Below, in pieces: positions 62,058 to 64,000 of a stretch of DNA of 64,000 nt. The number at the start of each line of letters is the position of its first letter. Position 1 is the stretch's first letter. Source of the stretch: an uncultured Muribaculaceae bacterium (lineage in GTDB: Bacteria; Bacteroidota; Bacteroidia; Bacteroidales; Muribaculaceae). The notes beneath the pieces were generated by a model, which worked only from the letters and a program-made list of their open reading frames with translations, was not told where the DNA came from and searched no databases. Position numbers and translations under genes: made by a program. The stretch is from NCBI GenBank assembly GCA_910579995.1, contig CAJTWH010000007.1:11050-75049 (forward strand), read 5' to 3'.

Positions 62058-64000
62058 ATGGAACAATACTATCTCAAAACAGACGAACTTGATTCTGCTC
62101 TCACGGCCTACCGTGGCATTGTAGCGGCTTTCGATGGCAATCTCGATAAATCTGATATCGAGGGAGTCAAGGAGGCGATAGGCCGCCATGCTGCCGCCGG
62201 CGATATCCGGCGCGACAGATTTGGTTTCCATCCTCTTGTGGCAGCTCTCGATACTGCCTTGTGTGTGTGCTCTTCGCTTGGCGCCGACCGCAACATGTGT
62301 CTGGCAATCATACTGTCGGCTATCTCTACAGAACAGCAGGCTGACGATTCGGCACTCTCCAAGCGCTGGGGCGACGATATAGCCAAACTCGTACGGGGTC
62401 TTGATAAGGTAAGGTCGCTTTACAGCAGAAGCCCATCGGTGGAGAGTGAGAATTTCAGGAAACTTCTGCTCACCTTCGCCGAAGACATCCGTGTGATCAT
62501 CATCATGATAGTCGACCGTCTGCGGCTGATGAGAGCAATCAATCATCACCCGTCGGAAAAGCTCGTGCACGACACCGCCAATGAGGTAAACTACCTCTAT
62601 GCTCCGCTCGCACACCGCCTCGGATTGTATGCAATCAAGTCGGAGCTTGAGGATATGTCGCTAAAATACAGCAATCGTGAAGTATATTCGCACATAGCCC
62701 ACGAGCTAAACCAGACAAAGGCAAAGCGCGACGCATATATCGCCGACTTCATCAAGCCTGTAAAGGAGAAACTCGAGGCCGAGGGGCTGAAGTTCTCCAT
62801 CAAAGGACGCACCAAATCGATTTATTCGATATGGAACAAGATGAAGAAGCAGCACAATACCGTCGAGGATATCTACGACTTGTTTGCAATACGCATTATC
62901 ATCGATTGTCCGCTCGAGCGTGAAAAACCGGAGTGCTGGCTGGCCTACAGTGTCGTAACTGATATGTATAGGCCCAACCCAATGCGCCTCAAAGACTGGC
63001 TCAGCATACCGAAGAGCAACGGCTACGAGTCGCTCCATATCACCGTCTATGGCCCCGAGGAGCGCTGGGTGGAGGTACAGATACGCACTCGCCGTATGGA
63101 TACCATTGCCGAGAAAGGCCTCGCTGCCCACTGGAAATACAAAGGTATCAAGAGCGAGGGTTCGCTCGACGCGTGGATGAACAATGTGCGCGACATTCTC
63201 GAGGCCGGCCAGCATAGCCCGATGGAGCTTATGCGCAACTTCAAGATGGATGTCTACTCTCATGAAGTATTCGTGTTCACGCCCCGCGGAGATCTCTACA
63301 AGCTGCCGCAGGGAGCGACTCTTCTTGACTTCGCTTTCAATATCCATACCCGCATTGGCGTGCAATGTGTCGGAGGCAAGGTAAACGGCCGCAACCGCAA
63401 GCTCAACTACAAGCTTGAGAGCGGCGATACTGTAGAGATTCTTACATCTCCGCAGCAGGAGCCGAGCCGCGACTGGCTCAATATCGTAGTCACTACAAAG
63501 GCGCGCAATAAAATCCGGTCTGTTCTTAAGGAGAATGAGAATAAATCGGCTGAGTTTGGCAAAGAGCTCCTTCAGCGCAGGTTCAAGAACCGTAAGCTCG
63601 ACTATGACGAGGCTATGGTGTCGAAGACCATTACGCGTATGGGCTACAAGGACGCCATTACCTTTTTCAGCGCCATCGGCAGCGACGAGCTTGATGTCAA
63701 TGATGTGGCGGATACGTATATGGAGGTTATCGGCCGCACGACCCGTCCGGAAGATATAGCCGAGCGTATATCGGCAAGCAATTATGTATTGCCCACTTCG
63801 CCCGAAGAAGAGGCTAAAGACGAGTCGGGTAACGATGTGATTGTCATCGGCGACAATATCAAGGGTATCAACTATAAGCTTGCCCGCTGCTGCAACCCTA
63901 TTTACGGCGATGATGTATTCGGGTTCATTTCAGCCGAGGGTGTGATAAAGATTCATCGTTGCGATTGTCCCAATGCCGCCCATATCAGGCAGAAATACGG
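62058..64000 (+). CDS. relA: RelA/SpoT (p)ppGpp synthetase, runs off window end
   Basis: Manual translation: YAPLAHRLG, GRTKSIYSI, DLFAIRII, PKSNGYESLH, EVQIRT, AAHWKYK, VFTPRG (TGS), LARCCNP. Confidence 0.92.
   Translation, partial: MEQYYLKTDELDSALTAYRGIVAAFDGNLDKSDIEGVKEAIGRHAAAGDIRRDRFGFHPLVAALDTALCVCSSLGADRNMCLAIILSAISTEQQADDSALSKRWGDDIAKLVRGLDKVRSLYSRSPSVESENFRKLLLTFAEDIRVIIIMIVDRLRLMRAINHHPSEKLVHDTANEVNYLYAPLAHRLGLYAIKSELEDMSLKYSNREVYSHIAHELNQTKAKRDAYIADFIKPVKEKLEAEGLKFSIKGRTKSIYSIWNKMKKQHNTVEDIYDLFAIRIIIDCPLEREKPECWLAYSVVTDMYRPNPMRLKDWLSIPKSNGYESLHITVYGPEERWVEVQIRTRRMDTIAEKGLAAHWKYKGIKSEGSLDAWMNNVRDILEAGQHSPMELMRNFKMDVYSHEVFVFTPRGDLYKLPQGATLLDFAFNIHTRIGVQCVGGKVNGRNRKLNYKLESGDTVEILTSPQQEPSRDWLNIVVTTKARNKIRSVLKENENKSAEFGKELLQRRFKNRKLDYDEAMVSKTITRMGYKDAITFFSAIGSDELDVNDVADTYMEVIGRTTRPEDIAERISASNYVLPTSPEEEAKDESGNDVIVIGDNIKGINYKLARCCNPIYGDDVFGFISAEGVIKIHRCDCPNAAHIRQKY

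Overview
This window looks like Bacteroidales chromosome, probably Muribaculaceae-like. That call is inferred from gene content and from repeated TTTG-N20-TAnnTTTG promoters. Most of it is housekeeping: rpmH, tRNA-Pro(GGG), serB, ssb, ribD, spt, GSIII glnA-purF, guaA, dxs-trkA-trkH, methylmalonyl-CoA mutase, a second Trk/Ktr pair, lpxD-lpxC/fabZ-lpxA, rnpB, topA, rluA-family, an OmpR/HK pair and a partial RelA/SpoT. The main accessory feature is an ~11 kb AT-rich, all-minus-strand island (2397-13153) between rpmH and the 3' side of tRNA-Pro. It holds three head-less Rhs-core cassettes with a shared, mosaic, GC-rich core and three different C-terminal tips. Two tips are L,D-transpeptidase/Tlde1-like (H...S/TxGC); the third is a frameshifted papain-like tip. 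Each is followed by signal-peptide-bearing candidate immunity genes, including duplicated and paralogous orphans. A 34-codon signal-peptide stub at the island promoter may be the remnant of a deleted Sec-exported Rhs head. Other points of note: a frc-oxc-AEC oxalate operon; a single lipoprotein gene flanked by a ~75 bp duplication of the guaA 3' end plus terminator; a structured leader upstream of glnA; a candidate Bacteroidales sRNA; an unannotated 55-aa membrane protein coupled to dxs; and a HipA-like/DUF3037 pair. No integrase, transposase, T6SS gene or CRISPR array was seen.
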